Assembly: GCA_030591685.1 (NCBI GenBank)
Contig: JAUVAX010000029.1
Coordinates: 1 to 33,487, forward strand
DNA: 33,487 nucleotides
DNA from: Pseudobdellovibrionaceae bacterium
GTDB lineage: Bacteria > Bdellovibrionota > Bdellovibrionia > Bdellovibrionales > UBA1609
Reading direction: 5' to 3'
Below, piece by piece: positions 8,531-18,758 of this stretch. How positions within the stretch are numbered: the stretch's first letter is position 1; each line of letters begins with the position of its first letter. The notes under the pieces are model-generated. The model made no database searches. It was not told the DNA's origin and was given only the letters and a program-made list of their open reading frames with translations. Made by a program: the position numbers and the translations under genes.

Positions 8531-9139
8531 ATGGCTCAAGAAATTTATGAAAGATTTGATTGGCAGAGTATAAACTCAGAATATATCATCGGCGTAGATG
8601 AAGTGGGCAGGGGTTGCCTTGCGGGCCCGGTATACGCAGCCGCTGTAATTATTAATACAAATGCACCCTATGAGTATTATACGGATTCAAAAAAAATATC
8701 CGCACCTCGTAGAGAGGTCCTCGCCAAAGAGATCCTGCTCGCCCACCAGGTTGGTATTGGTTTTGCTACTGTAGATGAAATAACAAAATATAATATTTTA
8801 AATGCAAGCTTGCTGGCAATGAAGCGGGCTGTAAAAAAAATCAAGGTCAAGACAGGTCATGTGCTTGTTGATGGTAATAAACTCATACCGGGTCTTGATA
8901 ATTATGAGCAAACAACGTTAGTTAAGGGGGATCTTAGGGCTCACCCCGTTGCAGCAGCCTCAATTGTTGCTAAAGTAACTAGGGACAGGGTGTTAAGTGA
9001 TCTTTCAAAAGTTTATCCAAGCTATGGGTTTGAAAAGCATAAGGGCTACGGAACAGCCGTGCATAAACAAGCCATTTGCGAAGTGGGCCCATGCCCAGAG
9101 CACCGGCCCACTTTTGCAGGAGTCAAAGAGCACCTCTAG
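8531..9139 (+). CDS. rnhB: Ribonuclease HII
   Basis: [44 protein letters not shown]. Confidence 0.98.
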   Translation: MAQEIYERFDWQSINSEYIIGVDEVGRGCLAGPVYAAAVIINTNAPYEYYTDSKKISAPRREVLAKEILLAHQVGIGFATVDEITKYNILNASLLAMKRAVKKIKVKTGHVLVDGNKLIPGLDNYEQTTLVKGDLRAHPVAAASIVAKVTRDRVLSDLSKVYPSYGFEKHKGYGTAVHKQAICEVGPCPEHRPTFAGVKEHL

Positions 9140-9455
9140 GGGTGTTGAAGATGAACTCATAGTGGCTCAAAACTTAAGGGCTCAAGGCAAAAGGCTTTTA
9201 GGCCACCGAGTAAAATTAAAAATTGCAGAAATAGATTTAATATTTTTTAACCCACAGTTCGGGTACGAGCTTATCGAAGTAAAGTCAGAGGGCTATGATA
9301 TGAGCTTTCAGCCCAGGGTGAGCCCAAAACAATGCCGGAGGCTGCGCGGGGCTCATGAGTACCTACAAACCCTGTTTGATTTACCCATAAGGAGCCATTT
9401 AGCAGTGGTTAGCCCGTCTAAGAGCATCGATTATTATTATGATTTTTTAGCCTAA
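9114..9455 (+). CDS. YraN/UPF0102 family PD-(D/E)xK nuclease-like protein
   Basis: G...E, EIDLI, LIEVKS, V...Q..RL..A; usual neighbour of rnhB; start uncertain (in-frame TTG at 9114 overlaps rnhB). Confidence 0.8.
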   Translation: MQESKSTSRGVEDELIVAQNLRAQGKRLLGHRVKLKIAEIDLIFFNPQFGYELIEVKSEGYDMSFQPRVSPKQCRRLRGAHEYLQTLFDLPIRSHLAVVSPSKSIDYYYDFLA

Positions 9456-9503
9456 TGAGCCCCACAGGGTTGACTGTTCAGATAAATATGAAAGAATTAA
9501 AGA

Positions 9504-9896
9504 ATGAAAAAATTTAGAACTTTAGTCATACTTGCCGCCTTTATGATTTTTAGTGGAGCTGATAAATCCCATGCTGGAACGGTTAAAGAGTTCATCACCG
9601 CCAGTACTTATGGGGTTCTTACAGGTACCCTTGTTGGTGTTGCAAGCTTAGCTTTTTCAGACCAGCCGGGTGATAATTTACAAAATGTTGCCCGAGGGGC
9701 TTCATTAGGTCTTTACTTAGGGATTGCCCTGGGGGCTTATGTTGTATATGGCGTCCCCTCGCAAGACGAGCCGGAGTATGATGAGAGCGAATTAGCACTA
9801 CCCGAAGCTAGAACGCTTAAGTTTAACATAGGCCCCACCATCGCAAATAATAAATTTGACGGGGTTATGATGCATTGGCATGTAGCGACCTTTTAA
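9504..9896 (+). CDS. Hypothetical exported/membrane protein
   Basis: Signal peptide (..SHA), two Gly-rich hydrophobic helices, acidic linker, C-terminal Phe. Confidence 0.8.
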   Translation: MKKFRTLVILAAFMIFSGADKSHAGTVKEFITASTYGVLTGTLVGVASLAFSDQPGDNLQNVARGASLGLYLGIALGAYVVYGVPSQDEPEYDESELALPEARTLKFNIGPTIANNKFDGVMMHWHVATF

Positions 9897-9897
9897 C

Positions 9898-12189
9898 TTA
9901 ACTGCCACCAAAATCAAAAGAGATATTAAATGAAGAAAGTGTCCCTGGGGTCCCGAATACCTTTTTCTTGTCATACTGCATGGCCCAGCATCCCCCTGGT
10001 GGTTTGAGAAGTATTGAATAATTCCATGATTGTATCTTGCTTGTAATATTTGAGTAGGTCACTGTTGAGGACCCGTTAAACATTCGGGAAGCGTACCCAA
10101 AAACCAGCTCAAAGGTTTCATTTAATTCATCATCTACAGCCTCAAAATTATCATTCACCTTATGAGTTTTGTTATACAAAACTTGTACATAATTACCTAG
10201 GTCATTTATAAACTTCACCCGAGAGGATATATCTGTCACTTGTGCGTAGGGGTAGTGTTTAGCCGTGGTATTGGTTTCAAAATGATCGAGTCGTAAATCG
10301 ACAAGGGCCTCTAAAGAGGACCAAGGCTTGGCCTGATCGCCCATGCTATCTGAGTTATTGAGGTCAAAATACTGATAGACCCCAAAAGTGGCAATGTTTT
10401 TGTAATGAGGCTCACCTGCAGACCACTTTTTTCTGATAACTCTGTTAGTAAGGCCATACTTTAAGACTTTTAAATCAAATAAACGGTCATTGTAATCAAA
10501 TTGGACTTTACCTTTGCCTGGAGTGATGGGGCCTGTGTGATCAAAAAAATCCTTTTCAGTAGCGGGGTCGTTAATGCGGTCAAATCGTGTGTTTTGAAAG
10601 TCGCCAAAAAAAGTATGAGTCTCTGCGTTTTTCCAGGGGATATTGGAGTAAGATAGTTCAGGCTCAATTTTGTGTCGATACAGGGTTTGTGTTTTATTTT
10701 GGTCTTGTAAAAAGAAAAGTCCTTCATAGATTTTACTAAACTCAGTAAAAAACTTAATATCAGTTTGTAGGTACTGTCTAAAGGATTTGTTACTGTAGGT
10801 GGGGTCATTACTGTTGGCATAAAAGGTATAATGAGTTTGTCTAAAAGTGAGTGAGGGGAGTACTGAAAGATAATTACTCACCTTTATAGGGTAACTCACC
10901 GTTGGCATTAGATCTATGCGAGTACCAGTTCGTAGAATATCAGTGTTGGGGTCAAAGGTGCCATCCGGGATAGTTTTAATACTCCCAGTAAGGAGGTCTA
11001 CATCATCATAAGAGGTCCCTTGCCTAGTAAAATGAACAAACTCGTTTTCCATGTTAAAATAAATACCGGTGTCAGCAATAGACTGCTCAAGTAAAGAGAG
11101 CTTTATTTCAGGAAAGCGGTGCACGGCATCGTCATTGTTTGCATGAGGGTCTGATTTTAATTGGTTAATATAGTAACTGGCCTCAAAACTTGTGAATATG
11201 TTTTCCCATGATTTTGTGACACTGACTTTGTTTTCTAATGCTGGATCGCCGAGACCAGAAAGCTCTAAGGGGAAGTCCCTAGAGTACTTAAGGTCACTCA
11301 CCATGTTAAGGCTGATTTTTTGAGTGAAGTCTTTAGGGAGGTGATAAATATGTGAATACGAAGTGTACCACCGAGAGTTGCGATCAATAATAGAGTTGGC
11401 ATTAAATAATTTATCTTTTATAAAAGCGGCTTTTAACTCACCCTTGCTGTCCTCACTTAAAACATACCGATAATGCCCTAAAAACTTAGGCCCGCGATGT
11501 TCATAGTTTTTGAGAGTAAAGGTGACATCTTCACTGCGGGAGAGGGCCCAAAAATAGCTTTGAGAAATGGTAAAACCCCCGCTTGTAGAGGTTTCCCAAG
11601 CAGGGACTAAGAGCCCCGACTGACGACCACTTTTAAGTGGGACAAGTATTCGAGGTAAAAACATGACGGGCACATTAGCTATTTTTAATACGGGGTACTT
11701 TATATACGCATACCCTCCCATTTCGGCTTCAATTTCAGCCCCAGTAAAACTCCACGCAGGAGGGCATGAGTCACAGGCCGTGTACGTAGCGTCAGTGGCA
11801 AGAAATGTTTTTTCGCCCAACTTTTCAATAACATTGCCCGAAAATACAACCTGTCCTGACTGCACATAACCGTTATGAAATTTACCGAGGCTTGTTTTAT
11901 AATTATATTCAAGCGCATCTCCGTAAGCAAAAAACTGATCAGTTTTAAGTATCACCGAACCAGAGGTAGTGATTATGTTGTCAGTTAAGTAAATAGTGGC
12001 CTCGTCAGAGGCGATCATTTGTCCCTTAAATTTAATCAGGACATGGCCGACAAGGCGGACCGAGTTGTTCTCTAAGTTTTTTTCAATTTCATCAGCACTT
12101 AATGCTAAGTTTTCTATGCGGACCTGTCCGATGGATCGGTGGCATAGAAAGATTAAAACTAAAAAACAAAAAGTGTGATAGAGCTTCAT
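9898..12189 (-). CDS. lptD: LPS-assembly outer membrane protein LptD
   Basis: Signal peptide, OstA-like N-domain, YTAC..CPPAW, P+..R.SGLL.P, YFWAL, beta-barrel-like body, C-terminal CW motif. Confidence 0.88.
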   Translation of the reverse strand: MKLYHTFCFLVLIFLCHRSIGQVRIENLALSADEIEKNLENNSVRLVGHVLIKFKGQMIASDEATIYLTDNIITTSGSVILKTDQFFAYGDALEYNYKTSLGKFHNGYVQSGQVVFSGNVIEKLGEKTFLATDATYTACDSCPPAWSFTGAEIEAEMGGYAYIKYPVLKIANVPVMFLPRILVPLKSGRQSGLLVPAWETSTSGGFTISQSYFWALSRSEDVTFTLKNYEHRGPKFLGHYRYVLSEDSKGELKAAFIKDKLFNANSIIDRNSRWYTSYSHIYHLPKDFTQKISLNMVSDLKYSRDFPLELSGLGDPALENKVSVTKSWENIFTSFEASYYINQLKSDPHANNDDAVHRFPEIKLSLLEQSIADTGIYFNMENEFVHFTRQGTSYDDVDLLTGSIKTIPDGTFDPNTDILRTGTRIDLMPTVSYPIKVSNYLSVLPSLTFRQTHYTFYANSNDPTYSNKSFRQYLQTDIKFFTEFSKIYEGLFFLQDQNKTQTLYRHKIEPELSYSNIPWKNAETHTFFGDFQNTRFDRINDPATEKDFFDHTGPITPGKGKVQFDYNDRLFDLKVLKYGLTNRVIRKKWSAGEPHYKNIATFGVYQYFDLNNSDSMGDQAKPWSSLEALVDLRLDHFETNTTAKHYPYAQVTDISSRVKFINDLGNYVQVLYNKTHKVNDNFEAVDDELNETFELVFGYASRMFNGSSTVTYSNITSKIQSWNYSILLKPPGGCWAMQYDKKKVFGTPGTLSSFNISFDFGGS

Positions 12190-12266
12190 GGATGTCTTTT
12201 CATATCTGTTGTTTTAAATAGTCTATCTTAGGAGTACAAAAGTATCGACAAAATCGCAAAGCGTCA

Positions 12267-14978
12267 TTATTTGGTTTTCATTATATAAACCCCATCCCAA
12301 TCATCTCTTGGTGGGTGTTGTGAGTAGTCAAAGCTTCTTTGAGAGTAGAGCATGGAGGGCCCATCATTAGGGTCAATGCTTAGTGCTTCAGCAAAAAGGG
12401 GCTCCGCTTTTGCGAATTCTCTTTTTTGGTAAAGTAAATAGCCCTCTTTAAATTTATCAACAACTTGGGCTTTAAGTTTATTAGGGGAGCCCTCTGAGAT
12501 CAGTTCATAAATTCTGACGGGCTCGTTTTTACCTTTAACGCGAACAAGGTCTAACTCACGACAGGTAAAGAGACCTTTAATATCGTGGTAAGTAAATTCA
12601 CTAATCACAATTTTGGTTCCATATTGCTTATTAATACCCTCTAACCGGGAGCCCAAATTAACGGAGTCCCCTAGCACTGTATAGCTCCGTACAGTTTGAG
12701 AGCCCATATTGCCAACATTCATATCTCCAGTATTAACCCCAATGCCGATATCAATACGAGGAAAGCCTTGTTTTTTGAACTCCTCTTGAAGTTTGTCTAG
12801 TGTTTTTAAACTCTCTAAAGCACATCGACAAGCCTTTACCGCGTGATCCTTATAAGTCACTGGTGCCCCAAAAAAAGCCATGATCGCGTCACCCATATAC
12901 TTATCTAAAGTGCCCTCGTTTTGGTAAACAAGGTCTGTCATTGGGGTGAGGTAACTATTTAAAAGTGCTGTTAAGGCATGTGGGTCTAATTTTTCAGAAA
13001 TAGCCGTAAAATCCCTAATATCAGAAAAGAAAACCGACATTCGCTGCTTTTTACCACCAAGTTCTAAATTTTCAGGATGCTTTAGTATTTCATTTACAAT
13101 AGCGGGTGAAACATATTTAGAAAACGTACCCTTAAGCTCTCTCTTTTTTTGCTCTTCAGTAAAATATTTATAAAAAGTTAAAATTAAATAAACTATAAAA
13201 ATCATAATATAAACAAATAACACGGTTGTGATAATCCCATTATTGAAGTAGATGGTTTTATCTATATAGTAAATCGCAAAGACCGTGAGAGTTGAAATAA
13301 CAAAACCTAAAACAGCGCCAGAGTGAGAAAGTAAAATACTTAAGGTTATCCCTAGAGCGAGTAAAAACAAAGGCAATATAGACTCTTCATTTTGAAAAGG
13401 TCTCATGAAATCCTGTCGCATAAGGTTGTCAACTACATTAAGATGAGTTTCGGCCCCGGGGTAGTTTTCCTCAAAAGGGGTGACACGTATATCAAAAACA
13501 CCAATTGCTGTGGCTCCAAGTATAAAAACTTTATCTTTAATCCACTCTGATTTTTTAATTTCAACTTCGTTTTGAAGGGCCCATTTTTTTAATTCGGTGT
13601 CCCAGATAATTTGCCGTATTTTAGCTGTCTGCTTGTCGTTAAGTAAATCGGTAGCACTTATGTAGGGGAACATATGTTGCCCGCCCGCATAGTTAATAAA
13701 TAAATACCCTTGTGAATCAACGGGGATCTCAAAAACATTATCTCCCGTATCTGAGTCAGTAATTGTAATTTTAGAGAGACTTCTTTTCTGTTCCGCAAAC
13801 CGGACATCAGGTTTAATCTCAACATTAACATTGTAGTTATTTGCAACTAAAAAAGTTTTAAGTGCAATAGAGGGGACAAAATGATCTCCAGACCTAATGA
13901 CCAGTGGGGAGCGCCTAATGGATCCATCACCATCTAAATGTGTTGTAAAAAATCCGTTATGACTCGATGACAGAGCAATTTTTTTAATATTCATTACATG
14001 AGATAAATAATTTTCAGTTTGATGAGAAATATAATTTTCTTTTTTTTCTTTAACCCACTTTAAAAACGTAGGTTCTGAAATTTCATCGTCCTCAGCTTTG
14101 ATTTTACCCCAAGTTTTTTTCATATCTTCATAAAAAATATCTTTATCTGGGTTTAACCAAAGGTTGCAGTAATTATACTTTTCCTTTTCCATGAGCCTTT
14201 GCCGTCGAATACGCCCCTTTTCGTTATTTGAAAAGTAAAGGTCTGAAACTTTAGCTTCTGCGTAGGCGCTAATGAACTCTTTGTATACATCTGAAATACT
14301 GTCTGAGATATAATCATCAGTTTTATCAAAAACACCCACCTCAGCAGTGTCATGAGACCATAATTTAAAATCTAGGCTGGTCTCGTATATCCAATTATAG
14401 CAGATTTCATGGTAATCACTGTAGGTATCATGTTGTGTTTTTTTAGGGATGTTACCAAGAATAATTTTATTTCTGTGCTTATGTATTGAGCGAGCCAGTA
14501 TTTGATCATTATCAGTTTGGTGAATTGTTTTTTTAAGACTTATCTCAAATTCCTCGGGGACATTGGATGTACTTTTTAAAAGTGTATAGACATCTTTAGC
14601 AGGGTGAGTGCTGGGTTCTGAAAACGTGACATCAAACCCTAATATTTTAGCCTCATTAGCCATCGCATTCTCAATGAGTCGAGCCATTTTTTGTCGGGGC
14701 CAGGGCCAGCGGCCTTCAAGTTCAATAGATTTATCATCAATGGCGACAAGAGCTACCTGAGCGCTACCTTTACGGGGCCCACGATCTAAAAACCTCCAGT
14801 CGATTGTTTTTAAGTGTAAAACATGAAGACTTTTATAAAACGTACTTGCTAATGAAATTTGCGAGCTCATACGGCTCTCAAGGTAAACGGCCGAAACAAT
14901 AGTTATAAAAATAGTAATCACAGCCCCGACAGAAATGGGGTTTGAGAGAAGTTTTAAAATACGAAGAAAAAGTTTCAT
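12267..14978 (-). CDS. CHASE2-domain class III adenylate cyclase with C-terminal TPR
   Basis: CHASE2 (AIDDKS..GRWPWPR, GFDV.F.EP, DGSIRR, PGAETH), 3 TM segments, cyclase core FSDIRDFT / DKYMGDAIMA / YTVLGDSVNLGSRLE / VKGK. Confidence 0.95.
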   Translation of the reverse strand: MKLFLRILKLLSNPISVGAVITIFITIVSAVYLESRMSSQISLASTFYKSLHVLHLKTIDWRFLDRGPRKGSAQVALVAIDDKSIELEGRWPWPRQKMARLIENAMANEAKILGFDVTFSEPSTHPAKDVYTLLKSTSNVPEEFEISLKKTIHQTDNDQILARSIHKHRNKIILGNIPKKTQHDTYSDYHEICYNWIYETSLDFKLWSHDTAEVGVFDKTDDYISDSISDVYKEFISAYAEAKVSDLYFSNNEKGRIRRQRLMEKEKYNYCNLWLNPDKDIFYEDMKKTWGKIKAEDDEISEPTFLKWVKEKKENYISHQTENYLSHVMNIKKIALSSSHNGFFTTHLDGDGSIRRSPLVIRSGDHFVPSIALKTFLVANNYNVNVEIKPDVRFAEQKRSLSKITITDSDTGDNVFEIPVDSQGYLFINYAGGQHMFPYISATDLLNDKQTAKIRQIIWDTELKKWALQNEVEIKKSEWIKDKVFILGATAIGVFDIRVTPFEENYPGAETHLNVVDNLMRQDFMRPFQNEESILPLFLLALGITLSILLSHSGAVLGFVISTLTVFAIYYIDKTIYFNNGIITTVLFVYIMIFIVYLILTFYKYFTEEQKKRELKGTFSKYVSPAIVNEILKHPENLELGGKKQRMSVFFSDIRDFTAISEKLDPHALTALLNSYLTPMTDLVYQNEGTLDKYMGDAIMAFFGAPVTYKDHAVKACRCALESLKTLDKLQEEFKKQGFPRIDIGIGVNTGDMNVGNMGSQTVRSYTVLGDSVNLGSRLEGINKQYGTKIVISEFTYHDIKGLFTCRELDLVRVKGKNEPVRIYELISEGSPNKLKAQVVDKFKEGYLLYQKREFAKAEPLFAEALSIDPNDGPSMLYSQRSFDYSQHPPRDDWDGVYIMKTK

Positions 14979-15178
14979 TTTTGTCCTCTATCTTTAATAT
15001 TATTGTAAATAATATTTCGCTTTCGGGCAATAAACTAAACATAATACGAAAGGCCAGGGGATTAAGGTCGAAAAGACCTAATCTTTAAGTTTAGATTTTG
15101 CTAAGGCCGCTTTGAGAACACGGGTTCTAATGGCATTATAATATGTAAGGGATGAGTTTAATTTTTTTAGGAGGTTAT

Positions 15179-15718
15179 ATGCAGGCCAAGCATGAGTATA
15201 TTGATGATATAAATATTATTTATTTGTCAGGTCAGCTCACATTAGATGCGGCTGAGAGGCTTCAAAAGGTTTGCTTAAATAATTTTTGTGATACCCAATT
15301 GATATTATCTTTTGAAGGTTTAAGTTTTGTTGGTTCAACAGGCATAACTGTTTTTTTAGAGACAGTAAGAAGTCTTAGCCCGAGGTTAGCAAAAACTTTG
15401 AGGATGTGTAATCTAGGGTCAGAATATCAAAAAATTTTTTCAGCTAATTTAGAGGGGCTCTTTTATGCTCATGCAAATTTAAATGAGGCAGTGATAAGTT
15501 TTAAGCTTCCTCAGCCAGAGGCTCAAGTTCAGCCAGATTCAACTCCATCGCCTGGGATTTTCCCGCCTCAGTATATAACAACGGTTGCTCCCTCTGGAGC
15601 AACTCATAGTGCCTCTATAGGTATTTCCAATTCGGCACCAGTGGAGCAAGAGGTCGCCTCAGAAGTTGGTAATGAGATTAGCCCACTCCCAAACTCTGCT
15701 GAAAATAAGGTCAATTAA
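15179..15718 (+). CDS. STAS-domain (anti-sigma factor antagonist-like) protein with Pro/Ser-rich tail
   Basis: IIYLSGQL...LILSFEGLSFVGSTGI; AGGAGG SD before ATG 15179. Confidence 0.8.
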   Translation: MQAKHEYIDDINIIYLSGQLTLDAAERLQKVCLNNFCDTQLILSFEGLSFVGSTGITVFLETVRSLSPRLAKTLRMCNLGSEYQKIFSANLEGLFYAHANLNEAVISFKLPQPEAQVQPDSTPSPGIFPPQYITTVAPSGATHSASIGISNSAPVEQEVASEVGNEISPLPNSAENKVN

Positions 15719-16425
15719 TTATTTGCTAAACAGGCTCTAATAGGTTGGTTGGCATAGGTCTGTTGCTGCCATAAGAAACTGTCATCTATGACAAAGGCAT
15801 AAGGGTTACATTGATTGATATAAAATTGATATTCGAGGGCTTCATACTCTTGTATGCTAAAGGAGAGGTCCCAGATCACTTTTACTGTCATCCACTGCTT
15901 TATGTATTCACATTTAAAATTAGGATTTGGTGGCATGTACCTGTCGGGTGCGCGATCTCCTTTTCGTAAATTTTCTTGGGCTTTAACCAAAATAAGGTGA
16001 AAAGGGTGAGAGGTAAAATTATTATAGTGACATCGTTTTGCTTTAGACCACCTATGGGCACCTGAAGTGTAGGCCTCTTTAAGGGGGACCAAGTGGTCAA
16101 CATGTAGTTTTCTGGCCCTTTTTTTCATTCGGCCAGGCACATAGATGCTACTCCATTTACCAGAGCTGACTTTGCAGTATGACTTTCTTCGGAGGGTATA
16201 CTTGCCCTCAGAGGCCTTAGCTAAGAGATAGTTTCTTGTGTCAAAACAGGTGCCCTCTCTTTTAACCCAAGATCCAAAGTGATATTGTCTTTTATATTTT
16301 CGTCTAGAGGGGGTTGAGTCTTTAGTGTTTTGAGCCGCAAGCTCAAAAAGACTGTATTTAAAGGCCAGTGTGCTTTGGCTAAAAAATATTAAAAAAACAA
16401 ATGAAGCTACAAAAATCCGTTTAAT
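15715..16425 (-). CDS. Secreted HNH endonuclease (DUF1524-like), 236 aa, apparent ATT start
   Basis: VDHLVPLKEAY.SGA..W, NLRKGD..P..Y.P; frame open 95 codons upstream of the track start, encoding (M)KRIFVASFVFLIFFSQSTLA and YKRQYHFGSW..C..TR..C.V.SG.W. Confidence 0.85.
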   Translation of the reverse strand: MKRIFVASFVFLIFFSQSTLAFKYSLFELAAQNTKDSTPSRRKYKRQYHFGSWVKREGTCFDTRNYLLAKASEGKYTLRRKSYCKVSSGKWSSIYVPGRMKKRARKLHVDHLVPLKEAYTSGAHRWSKAKRCHYNNFTSHPFHLILVKAQENLRKGDRAPDRYMPPNPNFKCEYIKQWMTVKVIWDLSFSIQEYEALEYQFYINQCNPYAFVIDDSFLWQQQTYANQPIRACLANN

Positions 16426-16673
16426 GTAAATGTCCCTTTGTTATTGGCTTATAGCTAACTCATCTTGAGTTCGCTTCACGTAATGCGCCGTTTGGCATGC
16501 ATATAATGATCCTTATTAAATAGTGGTATGAAAACTGTTTACGTGGCGCAATAAGTGATAATAATTTAAAATGATCTAAAGACAGTCTATTTTGTTTAAA
16601 AAAAAGGCTATCTTTAGATCAAAAAAATCAAATTTAGTGTTGTATGATTCACGAAGTCGATTATTTAAATAAA

Positions 16674-18005
16674 CTACTCACATTTACTGGAGTCAAAGCC
16701 AGACTGAATTTCGCAAATAAGAGTTTCTATTTTATTAAGCGCCTCATTTGAAAACTTTAAAGCCTCTTGCTCGTTTTTTTGGTTTGACGAAAGGGTTATG
16801 AGTCGCTGGTTTTCCTTAATTCGAGTGATTTGGACTTTCGACTCTATGAGGGACTTATCCAGCTCTCCTTTAAGTTTTCTGATCTCAGATCTTTGCTCAT
16901 TTAACCGAGCACTGAGCTCTTGGTTAAGACTTTGAAGTGATTTATTTTGATCAAGCAGCTTTTCATTGTCTTTTTGGTTTTCTCTCCAGAGCATTTGTAA
17001 GTTCTCAACTTGATCTTTTAGCCTCTTACCCTCTGATTTGTACTCTAGCAATTCCTCTGAAGTTTCTTTGAGAGAAGTAGTTAAGGTGTTGTTTTCAATA
17101 ACTTTGGCCTTTAAGTCTGAACGGTATGTCCCAAGGCTAGCTTGAATACTAGACAGCTCTTTGCTCTTTTTTGATTTGATTTCAACAAAGGCTCTGTCGA
17201 GCTGGATAACCTTGTTTTTTAGCTCTACGTTTTCATCAAAGGCACAGCTGAGCATTTGTATTTTATCCTGTAAGTCAAAGTTTTCACTTTTTAATACTTT
17301 GGCCTGCTTCATAGCTGCTGTGGCCTTCTCAGAGTATTGTTGAGTCAGGTTTTGAATTCGGGTTTCCGACTCTTTATTCAGAGTTTGGATCCTGTGACTA
17401 GCTAGACCCAGTTGTTCTTGGAGCAATTGCCTCTCAAGTTCTAGGTTGTCACAAAGGACACCCTTGTTGTTTAAATTGAGTTTAAGTTTTTGAGCGATAG
17501 TTTTAATTTTGCCCCGGTATTTTTGGCTAATTTTTTTTATATGTAAAAGCTGGGCTCTTTCCTTTTTGAGATCTCCGATTTGCTCCTGAGTTGTCGTATA
17601 GTATTCGCTATACTTTACTTCAGAAAAATTTATTTTCTCAAACAAGGCTTTTAACTCGGCCTCTTTATTGTCATTTCTAGAGGTAATAAATTGATCTTTC
17701 TTTTTTAAAATTAATAATTGATCTCTCATGTTTTCAGTTAAATTCTGTTGATTTTCGTGTTCTTGGCTTTGCTCTTCTAGTTCGTCCTCGAGGATTGCAT
17801 TTCTGCGAATTTGAACAGCAAGGCGGCTCATGAGGTCTTCATTTTGTAAAATAATAGAGTCTAAGGCTCCAGATCGGCCCTTGTCACTACGGCTTGGGTT
17901 CAGTTGAGTGGGGATTTGATGAGGCAAGGGGATTTGTTGGGCCTCAGTAAAATCATGCTCAGGGTTTACAAAGTATTCAACATCACTGTAAGGGCCTTTG
18001 TCCAT
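16674..18005 (-). CDS. Long coiled-coil hypothetical protein
   Basis: 443 aa, heptad-rich L/E/K/Q composition, AAGGAG SD; no ATPase motif. Confidence 0.85.
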   Translation of the reverse strand: MDKGPYSDVEYFVNPEHDFTEAQQIPLPHQIPTQLNPSRSDKGRSGALDSIILQNEDLMSRLAVQIRRNAILEDELEEQSQEHENQQNLTENMRDQLLILKKKDQFITSRNDNKEAELKALFEKINFSEVKYSEYYTTTQEQIGDLKKERAQLLHIKKISQKYRGKIKTIAQKLKLNLNNKGVLCDNLELERQLLQEQLGLASHRIQTLNKESETRIQNLTQQYSEKATAAMKQAKVLKSENFDLQDKIQMLSCAFDENVELKNKVIQLDRAFVEIKSKKSKELSSIQASLGTYRSDLKAKVIENNTLTTSLKETSEELLEYKSEGKRLKDQVENLQMLWRENQKDNEKLLDQNKSLQSLNQELSARLNEQRSEIRKLKGELDKSLIESKVQITRIKENQRLITLSSNQKNEQEALKFSNEALNKIETLICEIQSGFDSSKCE

Positions 18006-18117
18006 TTTCCACTCCTTGGTCTATGGGTACAGATCTTGGTCAGATCTACTTGCCGTTAAATTGTCTCAGATCAATGCAATACTTGTCAAAAGGCGTGTTG
18101 ACGCGTGGTATTTTGTC

Positions 18118-18145
18118 TAAATATTCACCTCGACTTGACCGAAGT
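18118..18145 (+). promoter_or_regulatory. Weak sigma28-like promoter
   Basis: TAAA-N16-ACCGAAGT, 7 nt before ATG 18153. Confidence 0.35.
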
Positions 18146-18152
18146 ACTGCTT

Positions 18153-18734
18153 ATGGGCGCCGTAAACTATAGTGATTTAAACCTACAAAGAACGACAGTG
18201 ATACAGGAGCAGTTTCAACTGAAGCTCAGAAGTCGTGGAACAGGCAATGCAAGGCCTGATACGCTCAGGTATCATATTTTAAGCGCTGTTGTGGCGGCCA
18301 ATTATAATCGAGCCAGAGAAGATTTAAATAATTACTTAGAGAGTAAATCTGAGTTCCCGTCGTTTAAAAGACGTTGTAACAGGTATGTTGAGTACTGTAT
18401 TGACCTTCTCCGTGCGATTGAGCGCAAAAGGGACTTTCCGGGCTTGAGCTCCCTCCCCCTAGCTAAGCAACATGAAATTTTAGAAAAGGTCGTTGATCAT
18501 TATGATGAACTCATTCATTACCTAAAGAGGATTGAGGCGGTGAATGCCGAAATCCAAATTAATGACCTGAGATCTACAGTGATTGTTATAAAAACAGCTT
18601 CTTATGCGGTGGGATGCCTTGTGATTCTGAGTTTTGTAAGAGAGCTCATAGGCTCTATCTATGGCACTTACGATATGATGCTGACTGATGTGGCCAAAGA
18701 CTTTGCCGCATGGCTCTTAAATATGGTGTTTTAA
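18153..18734 (+). CDS. Hypothetical helical protein with C-terminal TM segment
   Basis: Long open frame, hydrophobic stretch near the C-terminus; ATG 18153 preferred over GTG 18105. Confidence 0.8.
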   Translation: MGAVNYSDLNLQRTTVIQEQFQLKLRSRGTGNARPDTLRYHILSAVVAANYNRAREDLNNYLESKSEFPSFKRRCNRYVEYCIDLLRAIERKRDFPGLSSLPLAKQHEILEKVVDHYDELIHYLKRIEAVNAEIQINDLRSTVIVIKTASYAVGCLVILSFVRELIGSIYGTYDMMLTDVAKDFAAWLLNMVF

Positions 18735-18758
18735 ATTATACTTAATGCGGCTTGAAGT

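Noticed and set aside
8997..9113. Long N-terminal extension of YraN inside rnhB
   Set aside because: No family-like sequence; probably just an open alternative frame.
16493..16571. dif-like and sigma54-like sequences in the intergenic gap
   Set aside because: XerD arm TTATGTTAAAT is not matched, and the TGGCAT/TGGCGC hexamers lack the GC at -12.
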